A stretch of DNA of 64,000 nucleotides from Eledone cirrhosa (GCA_964016885.1 OZ024741.1:78988001-79052000); one strand, 5' to 3'. Numbered from the stretch's first letter, positions 1 to 12,485 are shown. Notes: a model not told the origin generated them from the letters alone. A program made the numbers and translations.

Positions 1-314
1 ACGTCATAAGAGTATATTGTCAATTTCAGAAATATTCGATTCTCTTCTTGACATATATATAGCGACCGTGATAAATCCGCCAATAGGCATAATCATGAGG
101 TGACATTAACCTCCGAAATGCGCAATGACATTCTCTTGTATTATTCTATGTACAGCAGGATTAGTAAAAAGTATTTATGTATCATTCTTTTCACAGTAAG
201 TCTTTAATTAAAAAAATGTAATTATATTTGCATTAGATTTACTTTAAATTCTCTAATATATGTTATATCTCTCTTTCTCGTCCTCGTTCGCCCCCCCCCT
301 CTTTGTATACATGG

Positions 315-316
<2 letters not shown>

Positions 317-355
<39 letters not shown>

Positions 356-390
356 CACACACACATATATATATATATTGATATATATAT
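317..390. repeat. (CA)n/(TA)n microsatellite
   Basis: Dinucleotide runs read directly. Confidence 0.95.
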
Positions 391-1095
391 TGATAAGTCT
401 CGGGATGAAAATTTGAACAAATGCGAAGAACATTCTGTTATTCTCTTTGTATACTGAAAATATAAGAGATTCCTTATACATACTCCAAGGTTAATTGTGT
501 TTGATATAAATAACATTTGATTATATCTTTCATTGTGGGCGGAATAGTAAGGGTAATTGTCTCTTGATAAACGGCCAGTTGTTCGTAAAACACATATCTG
601 TTGGGGTCTAACATATCTTGAATTTTGCTACGAAATATTGCAGTTACATAAACCGTATTCTCTCAGCAAGCAAGGATGTCACAATTCTGTAATTAATTTT
701 GAATCAGTGGTATTCCAGACATGCGTTGACGATCGTAGTATACAGTTACTGATGTACGATAACAGAATTAACACCCGAATGAATCACCGACGGGGAAACC
801 ATCTTTATCCCAAAGACTAAAATAAAACAAACAAACGATACTTTACTACATACCCATAACCTGCCTTCTAACTGTAAATATATCGCAGAGGAGGATTGCT
901 TCATAAAAATAAACTAGATCTAGAACAAAGGTTCTCAATGGGGTGCATATGCCCACCCGGGGCGCGTTTCTGAGCTCCAGGGAGGCGTTTGGGAGCAAGG
1001 GGGCGTTAGGGGGAGGGACGTTTGAAGCTTTGTGGGGCGCTGGAAGCCCCTTTAATTTTTTAGTTTGGTAAGTTTTATAACTCATATTTGTGGGT

Positions 1096-1435
1096 GTATA
1101 CATATACATACATACGAACATACACACACATGCATACGTACATACATATATACATACATACATTCATGATGATGGCTGCCCCCTCGTTATCGAGTATGGC
1201 CATTGCACGTGAAAAAAAAATGAATAAAATAAAAATATATATATATACATATATATACACACACATACATACATATATATATATACACATATATACATAC
1301 ACATATATTAATAACAATAATAATAATGATAATAATAACAACAATAATAATAACGACAACAACAACAATAATAATATACAAATATATACACACACACGCA
1401 CACACATAAACATATCTATACACACACACACACGA
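1096..1435. repeat. Compound microsatellite (TACA)/(TA)/(AAT,AAC)/(CA)
   Basis: Direct reading. Confidence 0.9.
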
Positions 1436-1439
1436 TAGC

Positions 1440-3477
1440 AACTCACAGCGCTGCGATCGAATGTGGATTTTTAGCCCAGCCAATGATCTAAAATGTCTTG
1501 CACAGAGTCGGCAACCAAAACATTCACTGGGAATAGCCGGCTCTGGTTGGAGTTCATGTACTATTGCATGTCGCTTGAGCCCTCCTGCTGATTTACATTC
1601 TCTACCACATGCTTTGCAAGCATGATGAGTAGTATCTCCAACAGCAGCCTGGTAGTCAACCACTGGTCTTACTTTATGACTGCGAAGATGACTTTCGAGT
1701 CCAGCTTTGCTTAGGCAGAGTCTCTCACAGACGCTGCATGTCAGCACCATAGGAGGACCCTCGCCGTCTGGAAATGCAACAGCAATGCCCTTCCTCACAT
1801 CCCGCTTTACTTTCTCGTATGCGATTCGAGATGCCTCAAAGGCAACTTTTCCCTCATATTCAGTCTTTCTCCATTTATTACGATCAGCGGCAATATTTCC
1901 CATGTATCAGCAGAGATGTAAGCGTCTTTCAAAGAGGCTTTCAAGGAATCCTTATACCTCTTTTTTGGTTTATTTGGCGGTCGTTTTCCTTTAACTAACT
2001 CCATAAAAGAGTTGTTTTGGTATTCTAGAATCCTTCATCCTGGTAAGGTGACCACTCCAACGGAGTCGTTGCTTAAGCACAAGAGCTTCTATACTGTCAC
2101 ACATAGAGCTTTCCAAAATCTCGACATCACTGATGTGGTCCCTCTCCAGTGAACGCCATGGTTCCGTCTGAGACACATCTGATGGAAACGCTCCAATTGC
2201 TTAAGGTGGTGTCGATATGTGACCCAGGTCTCGCAGGCATAAAGAAGACAAGAGAGCACACATGCCTTCTACACCTTTACCTTTGTCCCCCTGCATATGT
2301 CTCGCAGACCCCCAGAGTCGCCTTTCTAGCTTTCCGAAAGCATCACTTGCTTTCCTAATCCAAAGTGAGATTTCACTATCAAGGTTGCTGTATCGATTGA
2401 CAGTGCTTCCCAGGTAGACAAACTGAACAACCACTCCAAGTCGTTTACCATACACATAGATATTTTGTCAGTGTACTGCTTACCAGGGGCAGGTTGGTAC
2501 ATGACGACGGTTTTCTTGAGACTGACAGTCAATCCTAGGGCAGTGCAAGCGTCAGAAAATGCATTCAAAATGTGCTGCATATCACTCTCTGTGTGCGCTA
2601 CAAGATCGCAATTATCTGCATACAAGAGGTCTCTTATGATTGATGTAAATACTTTTGTCTTTGCAGCAAAGCGCCTGATGTTAAATATGCTAACTGAGGT
2701 TCGATATAGGATGTAAACACCATGCTCGCAATTCCTGAAAGCAATACAGAAAACCATTGCAAAGTATATGGCAAACAGGGTCGGTGCTGGAATATCCCCC
2801 TGTTTCACTCCATTTCTTACTGAGATAGGCTCCGACATGTTACCTCCGACATTAACCCAAGCCTTCATGTCGTCATGGAAAGACCTAACTAAAGTAAGGA
2901 ACTTATCAGGGCAACCAAGTTTCTGGAGAACCTTTCATATTGCATCTCTGTTAACAGTATCGAAAGCTTTTGTCAGATCGACAAAAACCTGATACAGATC
3001 CAAACCTTGTTCCATGCACTTCTCCTAGAGCTGTCTAGCTGAGAAGATCATATCAGTAGTGCCGCGTCCAGCACGAAAACCGGATTGACTTTCAGGAAGA
3101 ACACAATCTGCAATGTGTGTCAGCAGACGGTCCAGAAGCACCCCACATAAAACTTTCCCTACGACAGAAAGCAATGATATACCTCTGTAGTTCCCACAAT
3201 CATTCCTGTTAACCCTTTCCCTTGTACAAGACCACCATTACTGCATCTCTCCAGTCCTCATGTACGGATTCATTAGCCCATATCCTGCTAAACAAAGAGT
3301 CAAGATGTTGCAGGAGTCTCTCACCACCATATTGTAGGAGCTCAGCATGTATGCCATCCATACCTGGAGACCTTCCACTGTTCAGCTTCGAGATAGCCAC
3401 TGCAACCTCCACAAGCGTCGGAGGTTCTGCGAGAGCTACTTTCACAGGACCTTTTGGAATGAGATTGAGGAAATCTT
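1440..3477 (-). mobile_element. 5'-truncated, decayed RTE-clade LINE (RT plus C-terminal C2H2 fingers)
   Basis: Frame-broken ORFs 3209-3445 (SPGMDGIHAELLQYGG), 2326-2868 (GVKQGDIPAPTLF, LLYADNCDL), 2201-2455 (FVYLGS), 1991-2176 (RLRWSGHLTRM..RIPKQLFYG), 1187-1903 (C2H2 motifs); PESQSGFRAGRGT motif near 3060-3100. Confidence 0.9.
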
Positions 3478-4485
3478 CACTGTGTGTTTATATGTGTTTG
3501 TTGTTATTGTGCTTGTGTATTTATTTATTTATTTATTTATCTATTTATTTATTTATACTTCTCTTAGGTCAGTGTTGTTTGTTTGGGTGTTGTTGTTATT
3601 CCATTCATTCTTTCTGTTTAGCCTTGGCCTTCTAAGTTCTATTTCACAGGCCTCTCTGATTTGCCTATCTGCTGGGTCATTTCTATGTTTAGATATTATT
3701 CTAATTTCTATGTTGTCTATGTTACCGTCGTGTTGTTGTCTGGCATGTTCGTATAGTACTGAATATACGAACATACGAACATGCCAGACAACAACACGAC
3801 GGTAACATAGACAACATAGAAATTAGAATAATATCTAAACATAGAAATGACCCAGCACATAGGCAAATCAGAGAGGCCAGTGAAATAGAACTTAGAAGGC
3901 CAAGGCTAAACAGAAAGAATGAATGGAATAACAACAACACCCAAACAAACAACACTGACCTAAGAGAAGTATAAATAAATAAATAGATAAATAAATAAAT
4001 AAATACATACACAAGCACAATAACAACAAACACATATAAACACACACTAGTAAAAATATAATACATTAACCAATACACAGTCACCCAATCACGAACACAC
4101 ATCAAACAAAACACTATACACACACGCAAACGCATGCGCAAAGAAGACAAAATAAAATAAACTAATAAATAAATAGATAAACAGACTAAATAAAGATGGC
4201 GTAGAAAATACAATGCAACGGGAGGAAACAATAGCACCACTGACGATGTTGCAGATGTGCAACGAAAGAACTTTGATAAACTATATATATGTGTTTGTGT
4301 CTATATTGTATCTGTATTATTTTTGACGGTTGGTCAGTCAATGGCAACATTGAGGACCGAATAAATTAGATTACCGATATAAAAGACACAGAAGCGAAAA
4401 GCGAAAACCAACCAAACAGTGAGTGTGTTCTGTTATTAATTCTGGCAATATTACACAAATATGACCCTCCCCAAGTATAACAATA
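3478..4485 (+). mobile_element. Penelope-like element remnant (GIY-YIG C-terminus, inverted duplication, pLTR-like 3' region)
   Basis: Peptide YEHARQQH..IEIRII..RQIREACEIELRRPRLNR on both strands because ~3480-3754 is inverted at ~3774-4047; downstream part is homologous to the copy at 23788-24630. Confidence 0.8.
4231..4284 (+). ncRNA. Putative minimal hammerhead ribozyme in Penelope-like pLTR
   Basis: CTGACGA-T-GTTGCA-gatg-TGCAAC-GAAA core with a perfect 6-bp stem II; stems I and III weak. Confidence 0.55.
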
Positions 4486-4596
4486 TATACATATATATAT
4501 ATATATAAGCAGAAGAGATATTCAATTTGTTGGTAATTCAACAAATATAAATGTTTATAACTGATTTAGAGCACTCAACAGTATTTCTGGAGTATA

Positions 4597-4784
4597 ATAT
4601 ACATTGATATTAATTAAATGGAAACTATATTTATAAAACCATATTTATTCTATTATATATATTTATAAAACATTTTGTATTTTATCTGATAGCGTACCAA
4701 AATTTTGGTACCCTTGAAATATATATAATAGAATAAATATGGTTTTATAAATATAGTTTCCATTTATTTAATATCAATGTATAT
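4597..4784. mobile_element. Foldback/MITE-like element, ~67-bp arms, TA-rich flanks
   Basis: 4597-4664 is the near-perfect reverse complement of 4717-4784; ~52-bp spacer. Confidence 0.7.
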
Positions 4785-4809
4785 ATATATATCTACATAC
4801 ATATATATA

Positions 4810-5630
4810 CTAGTAGTGGTACCCGGCGTTGCACGGAATAAGGTAATTTGGAACGCGGGCCGCCAACAGAGCTAATCGTGGAAAAACTGCACGCCTGGAC
4901 AATATGTAAAGAAAATAAACCGAATACTCTGATGGCTGGATAATCTTTAAGATTTTCCTTGATGAAGCAGGAAAAATGCAGGTTTTCACCTAATGCGGGC
5001 CCTAGGGGATGAAGAAAATGAATTTTTTTAATGCGTATAATATGCCTTGAAATTTCGGGGAAATATCAGCTAGACGTAACGCCTCCTAAAAGCCCTAAGA
5101 AGCTGAAAAAATGATGTTTTTCACCTAATGCGGGCCCTAGGCCATACTTATATTTAAGTATCAGCCGTACTAAGAGTGAGAAATGAAATTTCAATATTTC
5201 CGTTTATCGTTTTCGGTACGCCCGGCCGACTAACTCACTCGATATGCAAATTAGGCTGCTCAGCCGTTAATATGCATAAGGAAAGTATATACTTTCAAAC
5301 GTTCAATCGACTGACAGCAAGGTATACGATGCTGATAACAGCTAATAAGCTAGAAACTAGTTCATCGTTCCTTTGTCAGTGTTGAACAAATGAGCAACGA
5401 TGGTTGCCGAACACTGTACGGCTTAATTCGGGCTGTTTGTTTACAAACAAACCGAACATTATAATAAATATTCAGTAAACCCATACGTACATATATATAT
5501 GTGTACAAGTATGAATGTATATACATACTACTGTACGTCTGTATACATATATGTATGTACGTATACATACTTATATTTAAGTATCAGTCGTACTAAGAAT
5601 GAGAAATGAAATTTAATTTTTTCCGTTTAT
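4810..5630 (-). mobile_element. Non-autonomous Helitron
   Basis: Minus strand ends CCGTGCAACGCCGGG hairpin + TACCACTA-CTAG|T at 4810-4838; internal direct repeats (4983-5006/5118-5140 and 5143-5206/5566-5629); (TA)n flanks. Confidence 0.7.
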
Positions 5631-5749
5631 ATATATATATATATGGCGTTGTTATTTGGTGTTGTTGAAAAGAGCAGTGGCCTTTGGCCTGGCAATAAAA
5701 ACTGGCAATAAAAATTCTTTCTGTACCAAAACCAAGACACACACACACA

Positions 5750-5753
5750 AGTT

Positions 5754-5785
<32 letters not shown>

Positions 5786-5818
5786 TGCGCGCGTATGTGT
5801 TTGTGTGTGTGTGTGTGT

Positions 5819-5859
<41 letters not shown>

Positions 5860-5895
5860 TGTGTGTGTGAGTGTGTGTGTATGTGTGTGTGTGTA
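5750..5895. repeat. (GT)n/(GCGT)n microsatellite
   Basis: Direct reading. Confidence 0.95.
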
Positions 5896-7233
5896 TCAGT
5901 CTATGTATATACAAAAGGGATACAGATATTGCTTTCTCAGTCACCAATCTTCTCAATTCATTCCTTGCTACTAAGTATTTTATTTTGCTACGAGTTATAT
6001 TATTTTGCAAGGTACTATTTTTCCCTTGTGTTTGTGATTTCAGAGAAAGGTAAGACATTCTTAATATTTTGCATTTTTTGTATTTTGACTTTACAGTTTG
6101 AATTGTAGAATTGTCTATCCACTCAAAATATTACAACAGCTAACAGTGAAATATATAATTTAAAAAAAAAAGCTTTTTCGACTGAGATCAAATCTTTTTT
6201 TTTATTTCAAAAATATATAATTTGAAATAGCTTGCTTTTGTTTTGGACTGAAACTTTTTTGTATTTAATTCGTACGAGTATTTTTTAAAGATTCTAAGAT
6301 AACTTGATTTGGCTCAATAATCTACTGATATCAAAATCAGTAGTATATTGAAAAACGCAAAAATAGGGTAGGGGGGCGTTTCGTGATTTCGAGGAGCAAT
6401 TTTGGTCGAAATGGGTTGAGAACCTTTGATCTAGAAGAACATATGTGATACTGTAAAGGTTAGTGTGACACTATCGGTTAATTACTTATCAATGAAGCTA
6501 TAGCGATATAAATATTGTAGATTGAGGAAAGAAGAGTCTTGTTACGGATTTATGATTAGAAAGCTTTTGACAGCCATTTAAGTTTTTGTATATCTCCTGG
6601 TCAACTTTGATTGAACAGCCATCACATGTTGTTTTCAGACACTGTGAGCATGACTTCCGGACTAGTAAAAACTCATAACATTAAAGCTATTAACATCGCG
6701 ATAATATAATACGAAGATAGATCTTACACAAACACAAATAAAGAAATTCAATAAATAAAAAATATAAAGAAACAAAAAATAAAACGTAACAAAGATGCCG
6801 TAGAATATCTACGGAATATTGAACTAAGAAAGTCAAACGAAAAGTACACACAAAAAAATATGAATACAAGTAAATATGAAAAAGATCTAAGAGAATATGA
6901 CAATTTGACAATATCAATTGCTAAATTATTAAAATCGATACACGATCTTCCTGTAGATTAACGAAAGGCTATCCCGAAGATAAAATAACAATAAAATAGC
7001 ATAAACAATTAAAAACGCAAACATGGTCGTCTCAGATTTACCGGAAACAGATGCGATCATCAACATCACTAGAGCAAACTCAATAATCTATCATAAATAA
7101 CAGATTTACAAAAGAATGTACATACTTCCTCGGAACACTTCGTATAGAATCATATAAAATCAAACAAGCATTGCGGAAAGAAAAAGATAGAAAATAAAAA
7201 ATGATCTCTCAATCTTTGATGAAATTAATAACT

Positions 7234-7388
7234 AAAAAAAAAAAAAAAAAAAAAAAAAAAATAAAAAATAAAAAATAAAAAATAAAAAATAAAAAATAAA
7301 AAATAAAAAAATAAAAAATAAAAAATAAAAAATAAAAAATAAAAAATAAAAAATAAAAAATAAAAAATAAAAAATAAAAAATAAAAAA

Positions 7389-7400
<12 letters not shown>
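7234..7400. repeat. Poly(A) followed by (AAAAAT)n
   Basis: Direct reading. Confidence 0.95.
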
Positions 7401-7419
<19 letters not shown>

Positions 7420-8199
7420 TAAGTAGATAAATGCTATAGAATTACAAGATAAAATAATAAATATCTGAAATCAAAGAGCATTCAAAGAGATTCTCGTTAA
7501 ATCACAAAGAATCTGTTATTATGAAAAACATCATTTGTTTGAACACCACACCCGCAAGAAGATTTTTACAAGAGCTAGATAACAACAAAACAGACCCTAA
7601 CACAAATTCAATAGCAAGAGAATTAATTTTTTTAGTATGGGTTATTTGAATAACTGGGGGATTGAAATGTTCAGAATGAAAAGTGCTACAGCAGAATAAT
7701 GATGGGAAGAAATAACAAAACAAGATTTAGACCAGAGAGTATAGAACGGCCTGGCTTGACTTTGACTCTCAGTGCTTGATGGAGTGGTAGAGGTGCTGTT
7801 GTAACTTATCTGGGCATCTAAAGCTGTGGAGACGATTCCTCTCCAGGTACGATCATAACTTTTCAGTCTATTTCCTCTAGAAAAATAGAGTACGAGGAAA
7901 AAAGGGAGAGAAAGAGAGAGAAAGAGAAAGCGAAAGAGAAAAAGGGGGAAGAGGGAGTGAGTGAGAGGGTGGGAGAATCAACAATAATACGTAACCTGTA
8001 CTTTATTTATTGTCCTTGAAAGGATGTAAGACAACGTTGACCACTTAGAACACAAAGAGCTTGAATGAATATAGCAAGGTATTCTATCCGCCGCTCTAAC
8101 GAATCTGTCAATTGCACTTCTTATACGATCAAATATAAACAAAGAAAGAAAAAAATCCATACTCCAGGTTAAAGTATTTTAACAAGTATGTAAAAGCTG

Positions 8200-9535
8200 A
8201 ATTACAACCGTACCATGATCACAACTCCCGGAAGGACTTGTAAAGGTTGCGTGAAAGTCATGTGAAGGTAAAACGAAAGCCATGGGCTCTTATAGTTCTT
8301 TCTGACTAAACTTTAAACACGTCAATGGTTTGTTGAATGATCCAGAAACAACATCCGTAGAAATAAAACATTTTAATTTCTAGGGACACTGAAAAGGCTT
8401 ATATGAACCTATAGATCAGTTATTGTTTAATGAAGTCATAGCTAAAAACTATAGAAGAAGAAAGAAGGATCTGGATATGACATGGATAAATTACCCAGAA
8501 GAATTATGACGATGTTTTTCATCATTGGGTCCTGAAAGCATTAGTCAGGAAAGCATTAGTCACCAATAACTGAACGACATGCTGAATAAATGAAAAAAAA
8601 AAAAAAAAAAATCAGACTATCTGGAAAGAAAACCAGACATGTTTAGCATATAGTTAACCTCAACTTCTACACCGCAGATGATATTGAGCGAGTTAGTACA
8701 TAGTGTACTGATTCAGAGGAGAAATAGACTTAGAATTACATTTTGAAAAATGGGCTAAGACAACATTGTATAGACGAAAATTAATTAAAATCACTAATTT
8801 CATGTTAGGTAAACAGAGATAAGATAATTACACCAAAATTCAGACATACAAATATTTCGGAATTAATGAACTAGACAGATTACAGTACACACTAATTAAA
8901 GAAAATGTGTAGGTAGGAATAAAACAGACGCATTCGATTAATACTTGAAATAGAGATAAATGCCAATATAAGGTGATAGGCATCAATACGCTAGCTGTTC
9001 CAGTAATAAGTTATAGTCGCAATATTCTAAACTGAAAGATATGCGAATTAGCATGACTAGACAGGAAAGAAAGGAAACTAATGACTACATTTAGATAACA
9101 ACAATCAAAGGTCGACGCAGAAAGATTATATTTATCACGGATAAAGAGAGGCACATAAAACTAAAACCAAATATTTTCTATAGTACTACAAAAACAGCTA
9201 GTATAGAATATAGGAAAAGTAATATAAATAGATAGAAATAGCTTCAAGCATGAATAAAAGAAACAAAAACAATTTCTCTGGTTAGATGAGGCAACAAATG
9301 TAAAATGGAGAACTATGATAACAGAGAGTTAGGGTGAAGATAGTGAAATGATAACAAAGAATATTAAAACGAACTAAAAGCTACGTTGAAAAACGGAATA
9401 ACGAAATGTAATGGTAAGGCGTTAACAAGAAACACCTTGATATGACCAACACCCGATAAAGCTGAACAAGACAAAAATGAACAATAGAAAACTCAGAACT
9501 GACTAAAGAGGGCTGGATTTAAAGATGGAGAGAAG
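8200..9535 (+). mobile_element. Old, heavily decayed R4/Dong-like LINE
   Basis: Translatable remnants DQLLFNEVIAKNYRRRKKDLDMTWINY, TYKYFGINE, GINTLAVPVISYS, LDRKERKLMT, KVDAERLYLSR, collinear with the R4/Dong copy at 31091-33490. Confidence 0.7.
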
Positions 9536-9541
9536 GAGAGA

Positions 9542-9584
9542 ATGTATGTATGTATGTATGTATGTATGTATGTATGTATGTATG

Positions 9585-9615
<31 letters not shown>

Positions 9616-9835
9616 GTGTAGTGTTTGTACCAGAGTTTTCAAGTCGCTGGCTGGACTAAAAAGTCACACCCGTTCAGCGCATCGGTAGGGGTTCTCCTAC
9701 ATGGATATAAAGTAGTGGCCGTACTCGAAAACGAGTTGGCAGCAACCATGTATGTACGTATGTATGTATGTATGTATGTATGTATGTATGTATGTATGTA
9801 TGTATGTATGTATGTATGTACGTACTACGTATGTA
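9542..9835. repeat. Two (ATGT)n tracts flanking a ~130-bp unique segment
   Basis: (ATGT)n at ~9542-9613 and ~9748-9835. Confidence 0.9.
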
Positions 9836-9989
9836 TGTTCACACACACGCAAACACATATATAATACATGTATAACCATTCAATTCCCCTTTTCTCCCTT
9901 TATCTCTGTTTCTCTGTTCTCTGTTTCTCGTTTATTCTCTCCTAATGCTTGTAAATCGTGAACAGGACACTAATAGATGTTAAACCATA

Positions 9990-11420
9990 TAATAATCATA
10001 TCCACGTATAAGCACTCTTATCACAACGATTATTACTCTCTCCGCACCAGTAGGAGGTATTGAAAAACCGAAAAAGCACTATAACAATCTTACAGACCTC
10101 ACATTTAAACACAACCTGATATTAGTTATGAGGGGTTCTCAAAACACATGTACCCCAGCCTGTCGGCTGGAACACGTTATAGAATAAAAGAATATACTTA
10201 TCATTCTTCAGCAAATAGCAATGGCCAATGACAACGGAATCAAACTTTGTCATAGCAGATACTAAATTTCAGGAAAAAAAAAAAAATGAAAACCTATAGA
10301 TATTTATCTCAGATATATTTGGTATAAAAACACAGATTGACTATTTTATCTATATTATAGTAAACAAAAATCTACAATAGCTTTTTCAGCTCCTGTTACG
10401 ATCATCATGTCTTCTAAGCCTCAGGACAAATAAAACTCCACTCAAAGAACTAGAGGTTCCTAGCCCACAGGAGCGATACTGCATCTCTATTACCAATAGG
10501 TTTAGTGTTGAGTCAGATACAACAACTAAGAGTGACCAGCAATTGATGCAGGCAAGCGATGAGACTGCCAAAAAAGGTCAAAACATCCAGAAAAGAGAGA
10601 AAAAAAGAAACTATTCAAATATTCGCGAGTTGAACTTTCTAGATAGAAAGTATACGGTGTTTTTACTGAATACAGGAAATAATCAAATGTGAAAAATCTT
10701 GAAGCAAGAAAAAGAAAATATGGAGAAAGTTTACAACAGTATTGCAGAAGAACTCAACATCATCTTTCAGAGAATCGCGACTACAGACACAAGACATCAA
10801 CACACAAAGTAGAATCACCGATAAGAAAACTGCTAAGAAAGTTTCGCTATAAGGAAGTAGCAAAGAAGATAGACTGAACATGTGACTGTTAAACTTCAGT
10901 GAACTGCTTGATAATGAACCTACTAAGACAGGAAAGAGGAAGAAGTTCTGCATTCTATTCTGTCAGATGAGTATCAAGAAAAGATTGACTGAAAGAAAGA
11001 CACCATCAGAAGATTTTCAGCTTTGTAAGATCGACGATATCATTCTCTAAAGAAGTTGTTTTTGAGAGAGACGACAAACCACAATGAACATTAATTGCTA
11101 TAGTCCCTGTTCCTTTATCTGATGACCTCCAGTTATACAATAAATTACCGAGAAATCAGTTTAATACAAATGCATAAAAATGATAGTAATTAGAATTCAG
11201 CCACATCTTGATCCACATCTGAGACCAACTCAGTATGGCTTCAAACCCCCAAAATCAACCACATCCCATATACTTACTCTCAGGTAAAATCACCGAAAGA
11301 GTAAAATAAAGAAAACAAAAACAATATTAATCTTTACCGATTTTAAGAAAGCTTTCAACAACATTCACAGAGGTAAGATAATGAAACTCATACCAGAGCA
11401 ACTTGTTGATGTAATCACCT
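9990..11420 (+). mobile_element. Decayed RTE-like LINE (APE and RT remnants)
   Basis: Remnants VIADTKF, QIDY, HLDPHLRPTQYGFK..STTSHILTLR, ILIFTDFKKAFNNIHRGKIMKLI; many stops and indels. Confidence 0.65.
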
Positions 11421-11989
11421 AAGTCTGAAACGGGTTCTTTGCATTGCCGAACCTGAAATCAAAGTGGAGAAATCGACTTGATGTAAGTAACTGCGATCCG
11501 ATCCCGTGTTTTGGTTATATTAAACCAGGAAGAAAAATCTTATTAAATTAGTAAGGGGTGTATGATTTAATGTGTTTCTGTTACTGTTAAGTCAGAAAAG
11601 AAATGTAAGTGTACATAACCTTTTGCAAGATCCCCAAGAATGGTGTAGAGAGTGAGGAACTTATTCTTAACTCGAAGATTTATTCCGAATGCTTGCACAG
11701 AGTTGGCTCTACTAAAAGCAACCAGGATAACATATTAAAAACAATACACGTTTTAGTTTCCTTCTTGTTTTCTTTAATATAACTCAACTGTAAGGAGTAA
11801 ATATTTATTTGAAAATAATGACAACTATAATGACGGTAATAATGAAACAAAAGGAAACAAAAGGAAAGAAAGAATAGGGAAATATAGAGAAAAAAGAGAG
11901 AAAGAAAGAAGAAAAAGAACGGGAAAGGAAGGGGATGGCAAGAGCTCTGGTGTCGCAGAAGAGAGAGGAGGTGTGAAGGGGTGGTTGGG

Positions 11990-12485
11990 CTTTGGGCCTA
12001 GGGCAAGAGGGCAGAAATGCTACGCCGCGCTGAGGACGGCAAAAGCATTCCCGCGGACGATGGCCGGTGACACCCACTGCAACAGCCACGCAACCACGCG
12101 TGACTCCCTCCTCAGACAGGCCGCCGACGATCCGATCTTGTCGATATTTGTTTATTTTACGTTCTTCTGCGAAACGGGTCGCGAAGCCGGGGTTTATGGC
12201 CGAAGCGACAAAGTTGGAGGCGGAGAACGTGTCACAGCAGGTGGCGTCGCAGATGAGGGATCTACCTCCTCCGAATGGGAAGAGGGTGATTCCGCCGAGG
12301 CGCTTGCCATCTCCGCAGTCTAGGCCTGCTGGCTCCAGTTGAGATGGAAAGCCAGCTGCGTCCAGGCTTCTTCACAATATGTCGTTAAGAGCGGCGTGTC
12401 GGGTGAACCGGCCTGCGCTCTGGTGACAAGACAGAGGGTTCAGGCCGAACTTGTCAACAACCACCCCGCAGCTGCATTTATGTGA
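11990..12485 (-). mobile_element. 3' fragment of a CRE-clade non-LTR retrotransposon (zinc knuckle plus RLE nuclease)
   Basis: Minus-strand translation [88 protein letters not shown] matches the CRE-type C-terminus; GC-rich island. Confidence 0.75.

Larger units (their letters stand above)
926..6428. mobile_element. Non-autonomous hAT (Charlie-like) DNA transposon expanded by nested insertions
   Basis: Perfect 13-bp TIR CAAAGGTTCTCAA (926-938) / TTGAGAACCTTTG (6416-6428); 8-bp TSD ATCTAGAA at 918-925 and 6429-6436, fitting the NTCTAGAN preference of Charlie-type hATs; GGGGCGTT motifs near both ends. Confidence 0.85.

Noticed and set aside
253-1446. Many short ORFs rich in YI, CV, HT or N
   Set aside because: Translations of microsatellites; the same applies to similar ORFs at 5.6-6.1, 9.6-9.9, 16, 22.6, 27, 55.5 and 59.5 kb.
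1187-1903. Host C2H2 zinc-finger gene
   Set aside because: Collinear with the RTE RT C-terminus; the ORF tail is microsatellite read-through.
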